A DNA stretch of 53,653 nt from an uncultured virus (IMG/VR IMGVR_UViG_2806310702_000001) (IMGVR_UViG_2806310702_000001); one strand, 5' to 3'. Shown: positions 1 through 10,299, numbered from the stretch's first letter. Notes: generated by a model not told the origin, from the sequence alone. Program-made: numbers and translations.

Positions 1-7
1 AGTGGTA

Positions 8-1555
8 TTAATTTGCAAAAGAAGTTATACTACTTAATTCTTTTTTATCCCATTCCATATATGGTCTAATGAGATTCTTATTCAAAATTAAATTGTTGTT
101 ATCTAAATGATAGTTAAACGAATGATAATTAATGATTCTACCTTTATTGTTAATATAATGTTTAATTAATTGTTTACATAATGCTAAATTATTGTTAATA
201 TCACTCTCCCATAAATATAAAATTTCTATACCATGATTATTTACAATATAATTGTGTTTAGTTTTGTCATTAGCTATTCTTTTTCTCTGCATTTTATATT
301 TAATATTGTTATAATACCTATTATCACAATGCCAATACGTTCCCATTACTTCTATCAGCAAATTATGTTTTAATAAATAATTATCTAGCGCATAATATCC
401 TATAGGATATTCATTAATATAATTTTCACTTAGTTCTTCTAAAATGTTATTAATTTTTATTTGAATTGAACTATTGGTTTTATAAGCTCCTTTTTGTAAG
501 TTATTAATTGCATTCTTCTTTAACATAGTTTTCCATTTATCAGTTTTAACAGTGATATTTTTAAAAAACTTTTGACTACAATTAACTGAACAAAAATGAT
601 GTTTTCGCATTCGAGATTCGAACGCCGATTTTGTTTTTATTATGACTTTTTTACACCAATCACATGTACATTGAATATTATCCTTTTGCAAATAGTTATT
701 TTTACACTTTCTATTACAGAAGTAATCGTTATAATTTAAATATTCATCTTTTCTAACTAATATATCTTTATTACAATATGTACATTTCACTTGTACATGT
801 AGATTATATAATTTTAAATTATTTTTCGATGCAAAATTTAATATTTCCTCGATAGATTTATTCGGTATAAATTTTTGCATTTCGTTAATCGTATTTACTT
901 TGTTATTTAAACTCAGATCAAAAATTGTTCTTAAATCTTGTATTGTCCAATCATCATATATCGTAATATTATTTTTTAACCTAGCAATCCTATCGCACAC
1001 TTTGCATTTATTATTATATCCATCTGATTTATATTTATCTAATCCAAATTCATTTAATGGTTTAATATGGTGACATTTATTACATTTTTTCATATTATTT
1101 GTTTTTTGATTATGTATTTGTGCTTGCTTGAAAGATTTCTGGCATTTTTTACTGCAAAACTGTTTATTATTTATAATGTCACACACCCACACCGACATTA
1201 TTTTACTACAATTTTTGCATTTGATTTCTACTTTAATGTTATTCATTTTGATTTTATTTATATATATCATTTTAATAATATCATCTAATGGTTTTTGTAA
1301 TATTGTAGTTAAATCGTTGATTTGCATTATTTTTTTATTAATTAAATTATCTATTAATGTATTTAAATCATATATGTTCCATTTTGGTAGCAATGTATAT
1401 TTTTTATGATAGTCATACCAACTACATACTTTACACTTTGTATTATATTTCTGACTTTTATTTTTATCCATACCTATTTTATTAAATTCACATACTGGCT
1501 TCTCTTTGCCACAACATTTACATATCTTCGTCTGTATTTCTTTTATATCTCCCAT
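8..1555 (-). CDS. Zn-ribbon-repeat protein with C-terminal Vsr/DUF559-like nuclease domain (putative free-standing homing endonuclease)
   Basis: Repeated CxxC...FCSxxC motifs; C-terminal LDNYL..LIEVMGTYWH..D..K...GIEILYLWESDI; GGAGG RBS. Confidence 0.7.
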   Translation of the reverse strand: MGDIKEIQTKICKCCGKEKPVCEFNKIGMDKNKSQKYNTKCKVCSWYDYHKKYTLLPKWNIYDLNTLIDNLINKKIMQINDLTTILQKPLDDIIKMIYINKIKMNNIKVEIKCKNCSKIMSVWVCDIINNKQFCSKKCQKSFKQAQIHNQKTNNMKKCNKCHHIKPLNEFGLDKYKSDGYNNKCKVCDRIARLKNNITIYDDWTIQDLRTIFDLSLNNKVNTINEMQKFIPNKSIEEILNFASKNNLKLYNLHVQVKCTYCNKDILVRKDEYLNYNDYFCNRKCKNNYLQKDNIQCTCDWCKKVIIKTKSAFESRMRKHHFCSVNCSQKFFKNITVKTDKWKTMLKKNAINNLQKGAYKTNSSIQIKINNILEELSENYINEYPIGYYALDNYLLKHNLLIEVMGTYWHCDNRYYNNIKYKMQRKRIANDKTKHNYIVNNHGIEILYLWESDINNNLALCKQLIKHYINNKGRIINYHSFNYHLDNNNLILNKNLIRPYMEWDKKELSSITSFAN

Positions 1556-1607
1556 TATTAATTCCTCCTGTAGAATCTATATTTTCCTGATTTTTTACAA
1601 AATAAAA

Positions 1608-1672
1608 AGAGGAAACGAAGTTCAGGAATACTTCGCTTTTATTAAGGCTCATGACTTCCTTAACTATCCTCT
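1608..1672 (-). ncRNA. Three-way-junction structured leader RNA
   Basis: Minus strand: AGAGGA/TCCTCT closing stem, TTAAGG/CCTTAA stem, GCGAAGT/ACTTCGT stem with ATTCCTGA loop, followed by a T-run. Confidence 0.55.
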
Positions 1673-1737
1673 ATATCTATATTATAGAGTCTCCACTCTT
1701 TAATATCAAACTTAATGTTACCTTTCTGAATATTCCT

Positions 1738-1935
1738 TTAAGCACTCTCAAAATGAGGTATAGTTAATCCTAAATCTATTAATTTATTTAATATCTCAAC
1801 TCTTTTCTCATACCATTCTTCACTTAATACCTTAGCCAATTTCTTATTATTAACTAGCCAATAATCTTCTATGTCATCTATAAACTGCAAATACTTATTG
1901 TATCCAACTTTGATTACATATTTATATTCTTCCAT
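1738..1935 (-). CDS. Hypothetical protein
   Basis: 65-aa ORF with GGGGG RBS, downstream of 1979..2281. Confidence 0.6.
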   Translation of the reverse strand: MEEYKYVIKVGYNKYLQFIDDIEDYWLVNNKKLAKVLSEEWYEKRVEILNKLIDLGLTIPHFESA

Positions 1936-1978
1936 TCTTAATCCCCCTAATCAAGCACATTCTTAATATTTTAAGATT

Positions 1979-2281
1979 CTAAACTAACTCCCACTTACCG
2001 ACTTCTAAATAGTCTTCAATATCCCAGCCATCATATCCAACTAAATGCCTCTTATATGTAACAATTCCCTCTTTAACTCTTAGTGTATCAACTCCAAAAG
2101 TATCATCAAATACTTCACTACTATTAAGATCATCAATACTTGCTACTTCATATCCTAAAATCTCATCCTTACATTTTTCTATTGTTTCTAAACTATCTGT
2201 ATATGTAATTACATCGTATAATTTACCTTTCTTATCTTTGTATTGTTCCTTGATTATTAGATAAATTGTTTTAATTTCCAT
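1979..2281 (-). CDS. Hypothetical protein, paralog of 38703..39005
   Basis: GGAGG RBS; near-identical second copy in the window. Confidence 0.8.
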   Translation of the reverse strand: MEIKTIYLIIKEQYKDKKGKLYDVITYTDSLETIEKCKDEILGYEVASIDDLNSSEVFDDTFGVDTLRVKEGIVTYKRHLVGYDGWDIEDYLEVGKWELV

Positions 2282-2475
2282 ATTTAAAACCTCCTATTTA
2301 TTTTTTGGATTTGTTGGTTTCATTTACCTTACAAATATAATTATATCTCAAAATATACTATATGTTAAGATATATTATTTAAAAATATAGTACATTTATG
2401 AATATATTATTGAAACGTATATCATTTATTGATATACTAAATACAATAGATAATATGTAACTGGGAGGTTTCATT

Positions 2476-2670
2476 ATGTTTGTAACATTAAAAGAACAAC
2501 TTCAAAATATAGACAAAACAATGTATTGGCTAAGTAAGAAAACAGGAATTAGTCAAAATGCTATAGGTAAATTAGCAAATAATAAATCTACATCTATAAC
2601 TTTTGATAATTTGCAAAAAATCTGTCTAGCTTTAAAATGCACACCAAATGATATACTAAAAATTGATTAA
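2476..2670 (+). CDS. Cro/XRE helix-turn-helix regulator
   Basis: YWLSKKTGIS...ITFDNLQKICLALKCTPNDIL; GGAGG RBS; divergent from 2281. Confidence 0.85.
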   Translation: MFVTLKEQLQNIDKTMYWLSKKTGISQNAIGKLANNKSTSITFDNLQKICLALKCTPNDILKID

Positions 2671-2778
2671 CGCTAATGAATAATATTAATTAGTGAATAA
2701 TTAGTAACAACTATTTTTTACGCAATAAAAAAATAACTACTTAATTAAAAGTAGTTATTTACATATATTCATATTTAA

Positions 2779-3231
2779 TTATTTAACTCTTAATAATTCT
2801 TTTTGGATTTCTTCTAATATCTTTAAGCATAATTTATATAAGAAAAGCTTATGAGGCTCTCTTTTAAATGCTTGAAGATATGAAAAGATTATTACAAAAG
2901 TACATATACTAGAAAATATGACTGTTCCCCAAAAATTTGTAAAATTTATTATCGCATTGATAATACCAGATGCTAAAATAGATATGCTAATCATAACAAT
3001 ATTCATAACTTCATTTCTTGTTGTACTTTCCATATTAGATATTAACAAGTTTAATCTTAATTTCTCTACGTTAATATTTATTTTTTGATCTTTTATCTTT
3101 TCTATATAGTTATTTTTTATTTTATCTCTTAATCCTTCATAATATCGATATTGTTTATTATTATTTATATGTTCACTAAATTCTTTATAATATATACCAA
3201 TATCATATTTGCCTGTTTTATGATTTTTCAT
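2779..3231 (-). CDS. Membrane protein, two predicted TM helices
   Basis: Two hydrophobic stretches; AAGGATG RBS; bidirectional terminator at about 2727-2760. Confidence 0.6.
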   Translation of the reverse strand: MKNHKTGKYDIGIYYKEFSEHINNNKQYRYYEGLRDKIKNNYIEKIKDQKININVEKLRLNLLISNMESTTRNEVMNIVMISISILASGIINAIINFTNFWGTVIFSSICTFVIIFSYLQAFKREPHKLFLYKLCLKILEEIQKELLRVK

Positions 3232-3475
3232 ATGAACATCCTTTATTTCTCCTATCTTTTTATCGATAAAAGATTTTCATTCTTTAACCATCTTTTAATC
3301 CTACCAACTAACATAGTTTGATTAATACATTTTATAAAATCAGTATATATTAATATACATACTTTATAACTACAATAGTTTAATTAATACACTTTCCTTA
3401 TATTATGGAAACGTCTAATATGTTTAGATTAGATAAATCCAAAGAGATAAGCCAAATAATATCAACTTATCTCTT

Positions 3476-3874
3476 TTATAAATTGTCAATTATTATTTTA
3501 AACTCTACGTCTAATTTCTCTATAAATTCTATAAGTAAATTAAATGCTTCTGGCTTAATTTGGCCAATTACCATATAATCAAGTTTATCTTTGTTAAAAT
3601 AATATAATTGTTCTGCTTTTATATACCCATCCTTACCATTGTCAGGATCGGTAACTGTGTCATTGTGTGTTATAGGAAAATTTCCTGCGTATTGCAATTT
3701 CTTTTCTTGTTGTTTTTTATTTTTAAAAGATGACATTACATTACAAATAATATTATAATCTAAGCCGTGTATTTTACCTGATTTATCACTTAAAACAACA
3801 AAAGAGTGTCGATTTAATCTTTGTTCATTATCCATATAATTTTTGACTAATATAATATCTCCAACTTTGCACAT
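3476..3874 (-). CDS. PemK/MazF-like fold protein (putative toxin)
   Basis: N-terminal KVGDIILV...RHSFVVLSD...ICNVMSS and YIKAEQL resemble the PemK pattern. Confidence 0.5.
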   Translation of the reverse strand: MCKVGDIILVKNYMDNEQRLNRHSFVVLSDKSGKIHGLDYNIICNVMSSFKNKKQQEKKLQYAGNFPITHNDTVTDPDNGKDGYIKAEQLYYFNKDKLDYMVIGQIKPEAFNLLIEFIEKLDVEFKIIIDNL

Positions 3875-3892
3875 TTGCTATCCCCACATTTT

Positions 3893-4129
3893 TTATTTAT
3901 CGTTATAATTTAATAAAACCTTTTTTTCTCCTGACAAAACTTCTTCACTCCAATTAATAGGTGTAACATCTTTTAAAGAATCTTGTGTAGAAACTATGGT
4001 AGTTTTTTTATTTTGTAAAATATTTAAATTAAATGATTTCAATTTATTCATATTAACACCCCCATTACCTTTCAGCTTGTCCCAATCTACTTTTATAGAT
4101 TTTAAACTTGTCCACTTCTTTATATCCAT
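3893..4129 (-). CDS. Small protein, putative partner or antitoxin of 3476..3874
   Basis: ATG at 4129 with GGAGTGG RBS; ends 18 bp upstream of the PemK-like gene. Confidence 0.45.
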   Translation of the reverse strand: MDIKKWTSLKSIKVDWDKLKGNGGVNMNKLKSFNLNILQNKKTTIVSTQDSLKDVTPINWSEEVLSGEKKVLLNYNDK

Positions 4130-4443
4130 ATTACCACTCCTTGTCCCATTTTTCAATAACTTTTTGGTAAATTATATGATATTATGTTATATTTTCTATT
4201 TAAATTAAATATAATAAAAGTTGTTATCTTTTATATTTTACCATATATTGGATACAAGTGATATTAATTATTATAAAAATATTAACTGATTATTTTATCG
4301 ATATTAAATATCAATAAGTAATACAATTTAACATTTTAAAAAAATTGACTATATGTTTTTTCTTTATATACATCAACTAACTTTAGATTTTAAACTATTT
4401 CTCATAGGTTATTAGTTCTATAACCCTTGATATGTGCACTCTC

Positions 4444-4489
4444 CGAACATATGTTTATAGTTGACATATTTTTATGTTTATTATATAAT
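4444..4489 (+). promoter_or_regulatory. Consensus sigmaA promoter with adjacent LexA-like box
   Basis: TTGACA (4461)-17 bp-TATAAT (4484); CGAACATATGTTTA at 4444-4457. Confidence 0.65.
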
Positions 4490-4632
4490 TTGCTTTGTAA
4501 TAAGGACAAGCTATAGTGAGAAGTCAATCAACAAAATACATAGAATTGGATGTAAAAAAGAAGACTAACAGTGTGTGAGACTGATAATCTTCTAAAATTT
4601 TTATAGTTATTTATATTTATTATTTATTTTTA

Positions 4633-5028
4633 TTACATTGGAGTTTGAGAGATTAGTAAGAATATATTGCATTTACGTTTGTTAAATTGTGTAATTAATT
4701 CAAACCAAGTCCATTTATTGAACTTAAATACTTCAAGAAATAATTCAAACTCTTCATCTGTGAATAATTGTAAAAATCTTTCTTCTAATAAACGTTTTAA
4801 TAATTTACGCTGTTCTAACTTGTATGCTTGTTCTATTTGTTTAGTTAAAATATTGCCTCTTACTTGATTGTCTAAAAGATACTTTCTTAAAATAGATAAT
4901 GCTACAATTTTTGATCCTAGAGATTCATCACTCTTTAATATCTCATTAAACTTAGTCTTTGAAATCTCGTCTTGTACTAAAAATTCAAATGTGTTCTCTT
5001 TAGTTTTCTTACATTTAATGTTCTCCAT
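4633..5028 (-). CDS. Hypothetical protein
   Basis: 131-aa ORF with GAAGG RBS. Confidence 0.6.
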   Translation of the reverse strand: MENIKCKKTKENTFEFLVQDEISKTKFNEILKSDESLGSKIVALSILRKYLLDNQVRGNILTKQIEQAYKLEQRKLLKRLLEERFLQLFTDEEFELFLEVFKFNKWTWFELITQFNKRKCNIFLLISQTPM

Positions 5029-5175
5029 ATTAAAACATTACCTTCCCATCATTAGTATTTTATGCGTATACTCTTGTATTTCAATCTTCCTTATACAATT
5101 TGTGAAAAATTAAACACTTCAAGAATAAACCTCACATTATAGATTATAATACCATATTTTCTGTTTTGCAAGTTA

Positions 5176-5478
5176 TTAATACATAATATTTTTATAAAAA
5201 TGATGCGCTGTATTAATAGATCTAATATTATCTACTTTTCCTAATAAGGCTTTTTTATAAGCAAATGTAGATTGCTTCCATTTTCCTATAGTTTCTCTAA
5301 AATACAAACATATATCTGAAGATAATAATATATTATTACTACAAATAAAATTTTCGTCTATTTCCTTTATCTTTTGTAAATTTTTAAAACATTTTTCACA
5401 TACATGATATTTTAACCCAGAATAGTCTCTTAAATAATAAAAAGATTTTGTTGATTTTTTACATAATTTACATTGCAT
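5176..5478 (-). CDS. Small Zn-finger protein
   Basis: CKLC...CEKC; AAGGATG RBS. Confidence 0.6.
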   Translation of the reverse strand: MQCKLCKKSTKSFYYLRDYSGLKYHVCEKCFKNLQKIKEIDENFICSNNILLSSDICLYFRETIGKWKQSTFAYKKALLGKVDNIRSINTAHHFYKNIMY

Positions 5479-5610
5479 ATATTATATCATCCTTTCATTT
5501 TAGCTTATTTTGTTGTTATAAAACTTAACAATATAAAAATCCATTAGAAGTGAGAATGGAGCGTTAGTGAAATGTAAGAGAGAAACCCTTTGTTATTAAC
5601 TTAATATATT

Positions 5611-6498
5611 TTAATTAATTTTCAATTCCCTTAATTCTTCTATAATTGTATCTAAATCTTTTTGTACCATGTATCCGTCTTTCTGTAATCTTTTAATAAT
5701 CCATTGCACACCTGTAGGAGTAAACATAGCTACATTTTGTTTTACAGTATCATAACCTATTTGTGTATCTCTAACTCTATGCTCAAAATATTGTTGATTA
5801 TTTGTATAGGATGCATAAGCTTCATAATGTCTTGCTCCTGATTGTTTTCTACCTTTATAATCTATATATGTATCAGTCATTATTATTTTATTTTCTCTTA
5901 AGTATTTATATAGATTATTTCTTCCTAATCCTTTTATACCTAATATTTTAGAAACGTCATTTACACTGTACAATCCATCATCACTTAGAAATTCATCTAC
6001 AATTGTTGTTTTCTCCCCTGCAATAATTAATAGTTCATCCTTTTCTTTATTCTGAGCTTCTAATCTTTTACGTTCTTCCTTTTCCTCTTTGTATTTTGTT
6101 AATAGCGTAATTGCAAAGTCTGGATTGTTAAGTATATTGTCTATTGTATCTTCTGTAGCATACATTCCATGCTTTCTTATACTTGGCAATACATCATTAG
6201 TAACCCATCTTTTAAATTTCTTAGAACTAGGTATTTTAGATCCTAATATTAAACTATAAAGCCCACTTTCATTTACTAATGTCGTTTGAGTTTTGACCAC
6301 CTTGCCATTTTGGCAATGTGGTATTATCTCTTTAATTTTATCTTCAGAATCAACCTTTTTACTGACAGTAGCACTTGTGTCAGAATATCCTAAAATTTTT
6401 GCAATGTCCTTTCCTACAAACCATATTTCATTGTTCTTTACTATTGTTCTAACTTGTCCAAATTCTTCACTCTTAAATACTTGTAAATTATTATTCAT
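5611..6498 (-). CDS. BRO-N plus KilA-C (ANT) antirepressor-like protein
   Basis: F.SEEFGQVR...WFVGKDIA...NESGLYSLI...FKRWVT.DVLPSIRKHG; GRNNLYKYLRE. Confidence 0.9.
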   Translation of the reverse strand: MNNNLQVFKSEEFGQVRTIVKNNEIWFVGKDIAKILGYSDTSATVSKKVDSEDKIKEIIPHCQNGKVVKTQTTLVNESGLYSLILGSKIPSSKKFKRWVTNDVLPSIRKHGMYATEDTIDNILNNPDFAITLLTKYKEEKEERKRLEAQNKEKDELLIIAGEKTTIVDEFLSDDGLYSVNDVSKILGIKGLGRNNLYKYLRENKIIMTDTYIDYKGRKQSGARHYEAYASYTNNQQYFEHRVRDTQIGYDTVKQNVAMFTPTGVQWIIKRLQKDGYMVQKDLDTIIEELRELKIN

Positions 6499-6952
6499 AT
6501 TAGTCCTCCACAGTTTTTGGGTACTGTTAAACCCCTAATGTATGCTAATTAAAGCACCAATATACACACACGCACATTTCACTCCTATATATGGAGGACT
6601 AATTCTATACATGGAGTATAGTGTGTGTATGTATATATTGCTACCTTAATAAATTACCACTTATTTTTAAATATAAAAGAGTAGCCTTATTAACTACTCA
6701 AACTTTTAAATTTATATATTTTTAACTATATTTATTAACACATATTTTAATTAAATTGTATATAAAAGTCGCATTTTATGAATTAAAAAATAAGAAGATA
6801 TATTAAATATATCTAAAGTGATTACATTATATATATCTTCTTACAACTCTCAAACCCTCATTCTACCGTTATAAATTTAATCATATATTCATTTCTATAT
6901 CTCTAATGATAATTTATACGATTGAATGATTTAATTTCATTTAAAATTGATT

Positions 6953-7777
6953 TTATTTTGTGTATTGATTTTCTCTTAGTTTTTTAAATATAAAATCCAC
7001 TCCATTTGGCTTTACGTATGTAGTATAATTTAATTCATTTGTATACTTATTTACACTTTCTACAACTTGAAAATAATGTTTATATTTTTCATATGGTCTA
7101 TTTTTTCTTCCATTTTCACTCATTAATATCCCTATTTCTCTAAGAAATTTAAATAATTTATTTCTGCCCATGTCTTTAATATTATATATCTTTGCACATT
7201 CTTCCATTGATATTGAATCTGTAGAGGCTAAAAATCTATCATGTTGTTCCACTTTCGGTTCTTGTATTTTAATTATGTTATCTTTCTTTTCTAATTCAGC
7301 ATTAATTTTAGAGTTATACTCACCTAAAGCAATCATCCTTTCCTCAACTGTTTTACCTGTTACGGCTTTTACTATCAATTTATTTCTATCCAATATATCT
7401 TGTTGAAGCTGCTTATATTTTTTCTCAACATTAATCAGATATTTTCTATACTCTTTTGATTTAGCTTTAAGTTCTTTGTTAGCTCTAGGACTTGCACCTG
7501 CGACCATACATATTTCTTTTGCAATATCTAAAGTTAGAATATATTCTTGTGTCGGTCTGCCACCTTCTAGGTTATTTTCTTTAAAGGATAAAACCTCAAA
7601 ATCAGTATGTTCTATAGCGTCTACACTTTGCAAATTGTTTTTAATCCATGTCGCAAATTCCTTCCTAACACCTAATCCATTCCATAATTCTCTGCCATCT
7701 ACAACACTATTTCCGTATTCAGTTTTATAAATCTTAATCATTCCATCTTCTAATACTTTTAGTTCTTTTTTACTCAT
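6953..7777 (-). CDS. AntA/AntB plus KilA-C antirepressor
   Basis: VDGRELW..LGV...FATWIK...GGRPTQEYILTLDIAKEICM; GRNKLFKFLRE. Confidence 0.9.
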   Translation of the reverse strand: MSKKELKVLEDGMIKIYKTEYGNSVVDGRELWNGLGVRKEFATWIKNNLQSVDAIEHTDFEVLSFKENNLEGGRPTQEYILTLDIAKEICMVAGASPRANKELKAKSKEYRKYLINVEKKYKQLQQDILDRNKLIVKAVTGKTVEERMIALGEYNSKINAELEKKDNIIKIQEPKVEQHDRFLASTDSISMEECAKIYNIKDMGRNKLFKFLREIGILMSENGRKNRPYEKYKHYFQVVESVNKYTNELNYTTYVKPNGVDFIFKKLRENQYTK

Positions 7778-7871
7778 TATATATCCATCCTTTATTTATA
7801 ATATTTTAGAGCAACATTAAGCATTCTAAGTCATCTTCATCTCATTCCATTTATTTTTAGATATAAAAATT

Positions 7872-7900
7872 GACTAGGTACGTTACCGTTGTACCTAGTC
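7872..7900 (-). terminator. Intrinsic terminator inside the antA leader
   Basis: GACTAGGTAC/GTACCTAGTC perfect 10-bp stem followed by a T-rich tract on the minus strand. Confidence 0.75.
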
Positions 7901-8008
7901 TTTACTCTAAAAATATTATTGGTGTTGGATGAGGACACCTTGCAATGTTTAATATTCACTATAAAAATAGGACAAACTAATCAAAGCCTGTCCTTCATAT
8001 AATCTTAA

Positions 8009-8368
8009 TTATTTATTTATCACTATTGGACTATTTAATTCTTTGATCCCTGTATTTATTGTGTGAGATATATCTTTATTAATAGAATCTAATTCTACGT
8101 CTGTTAATGTAGGAAATATTTTTAGTAATCTATTTTTCATTTCTTCTTTTTTAATATCTCCTGATTTTTCTATATCCTTAAATTCATCTTCCAATCCAAA
8201 ATACATACCTCTAGCAATTCCTAATGCACGATTATACTGTACTGCCTTACCCTTTTCTTCTATATACGCTTTGAATTTAGCTATAAAATATGGAATTACT
8301 ATACTTAATATCGCAGTTAATATAGTTACTATACTTTTAAATACCAAAGCCATTATTTGTTCCTTCAT
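8009..8368 (-). CDS. Putative holin
   Basis: Single N-terminal TM helix and charged tail; adjacent to the endolysin. Confidence 0.65.
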   Translation of the reverse strand: MKEQIMALVFKSIVTILTAILSIVIPYFIAKFKAYIEEKGKAVQYNRALGIARGMYFGLEDEFKDIEKSGDIKKEEMKNRLLKIFPTLTDVELDSINKDISHTINTGIKELNSPIVINK

Positions 8369-8407
8369 TAAACTCACTCCTTATATTTACAAATTTAAAT
8401 TATATCT

Positions 8408-9157
8408 TTATCTAGGACAAGTAGCCCTTTTAGGTACCCATGCTTTGATTCCATCAATATCTACCAAGTAATATTCTAATTTTTCATCTTTAGCAGTAAT
8501 TAAATCATTACGATAGAAAAATTTTACTATATTCATGAATCCATCTCTTACAAATACGGCAGGAGAATCATAAGCCATTTTTAAAGACAATGGTTTAAAT
8601 GTTGGTTTAGGTGGTTCGCTATGAATTGATTTACCATAATAAGTACATACTCCTTTAACTATTGCATCAGCAATTCCTTTAATACCAACCCTCCTATAAA
8701 TACCTACATCTTCAGCATTATCACAGAAAAATGGTTCTATTATTACTGCCGTCATTTTAGTATGTCTAAGTTCATACAGTCCTCTTACGTCTTGTTTTGC
8801 ACCTCTATTATAAAACCCTAGTTTAGCCAATTCATTCACAATACATTCAGCTAACCTTTTTCCACTAGATGATGAATAAATTACTTCACACCCTTTAGCC
8901 GAACCATTAAAAGAATTTAAATGACAAGACATAAAAAAACTAGATCCATTTGAATTAGCCAAATTAACTCCATGTGCTAAATCTTGCCTTATAGTAGGTG
9001 TTCTTGTTGGAGTTACATCTTGTATATCAAATCCATTTTCCATAAGTCCTTTAATTACTAAAGGATAATATTTTCTATCTTCTGTTACTTCATTGACTAT
9101 ACCATTAGCACCAGTTACCCCATAATTATGTCCACCTCGTATTGAACCTTTTATCAT
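8408..9157 (-). CDS. Endolysin, N-acetylmuramoyl-L-alanine amidase (Amidase_3)
   Basis: GGH...E, SCHLNS, GLYELRHTKMTAVIIEPFFCDN. Confidence 0.92.
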   Translation of the reverse strand: MIKGSIRGGHNYGVTGANGIVNEVTEDRKYYPLVIKGLMENGFDIQDVTPTRTPTIRQDLAHGVNLANSNGSSFFMSCHLNSFNGSAKGCEVIYSSSSGKRLAECIVNELAKLGFYNRGAKQDVRGLYELRHTKMTAVIIEPFFCDNAEDVGIYRRVGIKGIADAIVKGVCTYYGKSIHSEPPKPTFKPLSLKMAYDSPAVFVRDGFMNIVKFFYRNDLITAKDEKLEYYLVDIDGIKAWVPKRATCPR

Positions 9158-9244
9158 AAGAGTTCACCTTCTTTCTTGTTAAAAATCTTATTTTAAATTT
9201 AACTTTTATAGTATTAAAGGAGAACCAATTGGCTCTCCTTTAAA

Positions 9245-9514
9245 TTAAATTTCTTTATTTGATATTTCCTTAGTCTCTTTTATATCTTCTTTAGTCTTAT
9301 CTACCTTCTTTGATTTATCTTTAGACTGAAATATGTTGTCCCAATTTGAATCACTTGGAATAAAAAATGTCTTTATTAATTCTTTATCTAAAATTTGTTT
9401 ATCAAAGCAAAGATCACCTTTAGTATTTATAGTTATTGTTTGATTAATTAAATATCTTATGTCTTGAGGTGGACTTGCAAAATGATTGTATATTAGTTTA
9501 ATAGGCTTATTCAA
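9245..9514 (-). CDS. Hypothetical protein
   Basis: TTG start with RBS; terminator hairpin at 9215-9242. Confidence 0.55.
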   Translation of the reverse strand: MNKPIKLIYNHFASPPQDIRYLINQTITINTKGDLCFDKQILDKELIKTFFIPSDSNWDNIFQSKDKSKKVDKTKEDIKETKEISNKEI

Positions 9515-9528
9515 CTATACCACTTCCC

Positions 9529-10299
9529 TTATTCTATTATTGTATATGTAGCCATATCGTCATTTTCATCTGCAAATAAATCAAAATCGGCGTTAATTTT
9601 AGCAACATTTGAAGCATCTAAATTAACAGTCATATTTGATTTTGGTTTGCAATTATGAATATGTAATTGTATGAATTCTTCAAGACCTTCTGTGTTTCTT
9701 AACATAGTATCAGCAAAAATTTCATAATTAACTGGATACTTTTTAGCATTTATAGTAAAACTTTTTACATTCTTACTTTTATTTTCTAAGTAATACACTC
9801 CTATTTTATCTCCATCAGATACATCTTCTGAGCTAAACTTTAAAGTTTTATCTGATATTGAGTATTTACCTTGTGAAGCTAGTGTAGTTGCGTCTATTTT
9901 TTTCTTATGTGTAAAACCATCTGCATTTAAAAGAAATACTTCTAAAGTTCCTTTTGCTGGCGTTCCTGTCATAGTCACTGAGTTATCTTTAACTGTAAGC
10001 ACTTCTCTTTTCATAACTTCTTTATCACCTTCAACAAACGCTCCTCCTAATAAAATAGGCAACCAATCAAGCGAAAATACTTCCATTTCTAGTTTGAAAT
10101 GTCCCTTTTTGTTGTGGTCAAACGCAATTTTATTAACTCCTTTTGCTTTTGCATATACTCTATCTGAACTAAATCCTAATTCAGATGTATTAGCATATTC
10201 ACTATATAATACAGTTTCTGCACCTTTCTTTGTTTTTTGTTTTAAAAATACGTTACACGCATCCTTAATTGCAAATAATTTATGATCTAATCCACTCAT
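9529..10299 (-). CDS. Putative major tail (tube) protein
   Basis: Position after neck genes; beta-rich pattern (VYAKAKG, QLHIHNCKPKSNMTVNL). Confidence 0.6.
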   Translation of the reverse strand: MSGLDHKLFAIKDACNVFLKQKTKKGAETVLYSEYANTSELGFSSDRVYAKAKGVNKIAFDHNKKGHFKLEMEVFSLDWLPILLGGAFVEGDKEVMKREVLTVKDNSVTMTGTPAKGTLEVFLLNADGFTHKKKIDATTLASQGKYSISDKTLKFSSEDVSDGDKIGVYYLENKSKNVKSFTINAKKYPVNYEIFADTMLRNTEGLEEFIQLHIHNCKPKSNMTVNLDASNVAKINADFDLFADENDDMATYTIIE

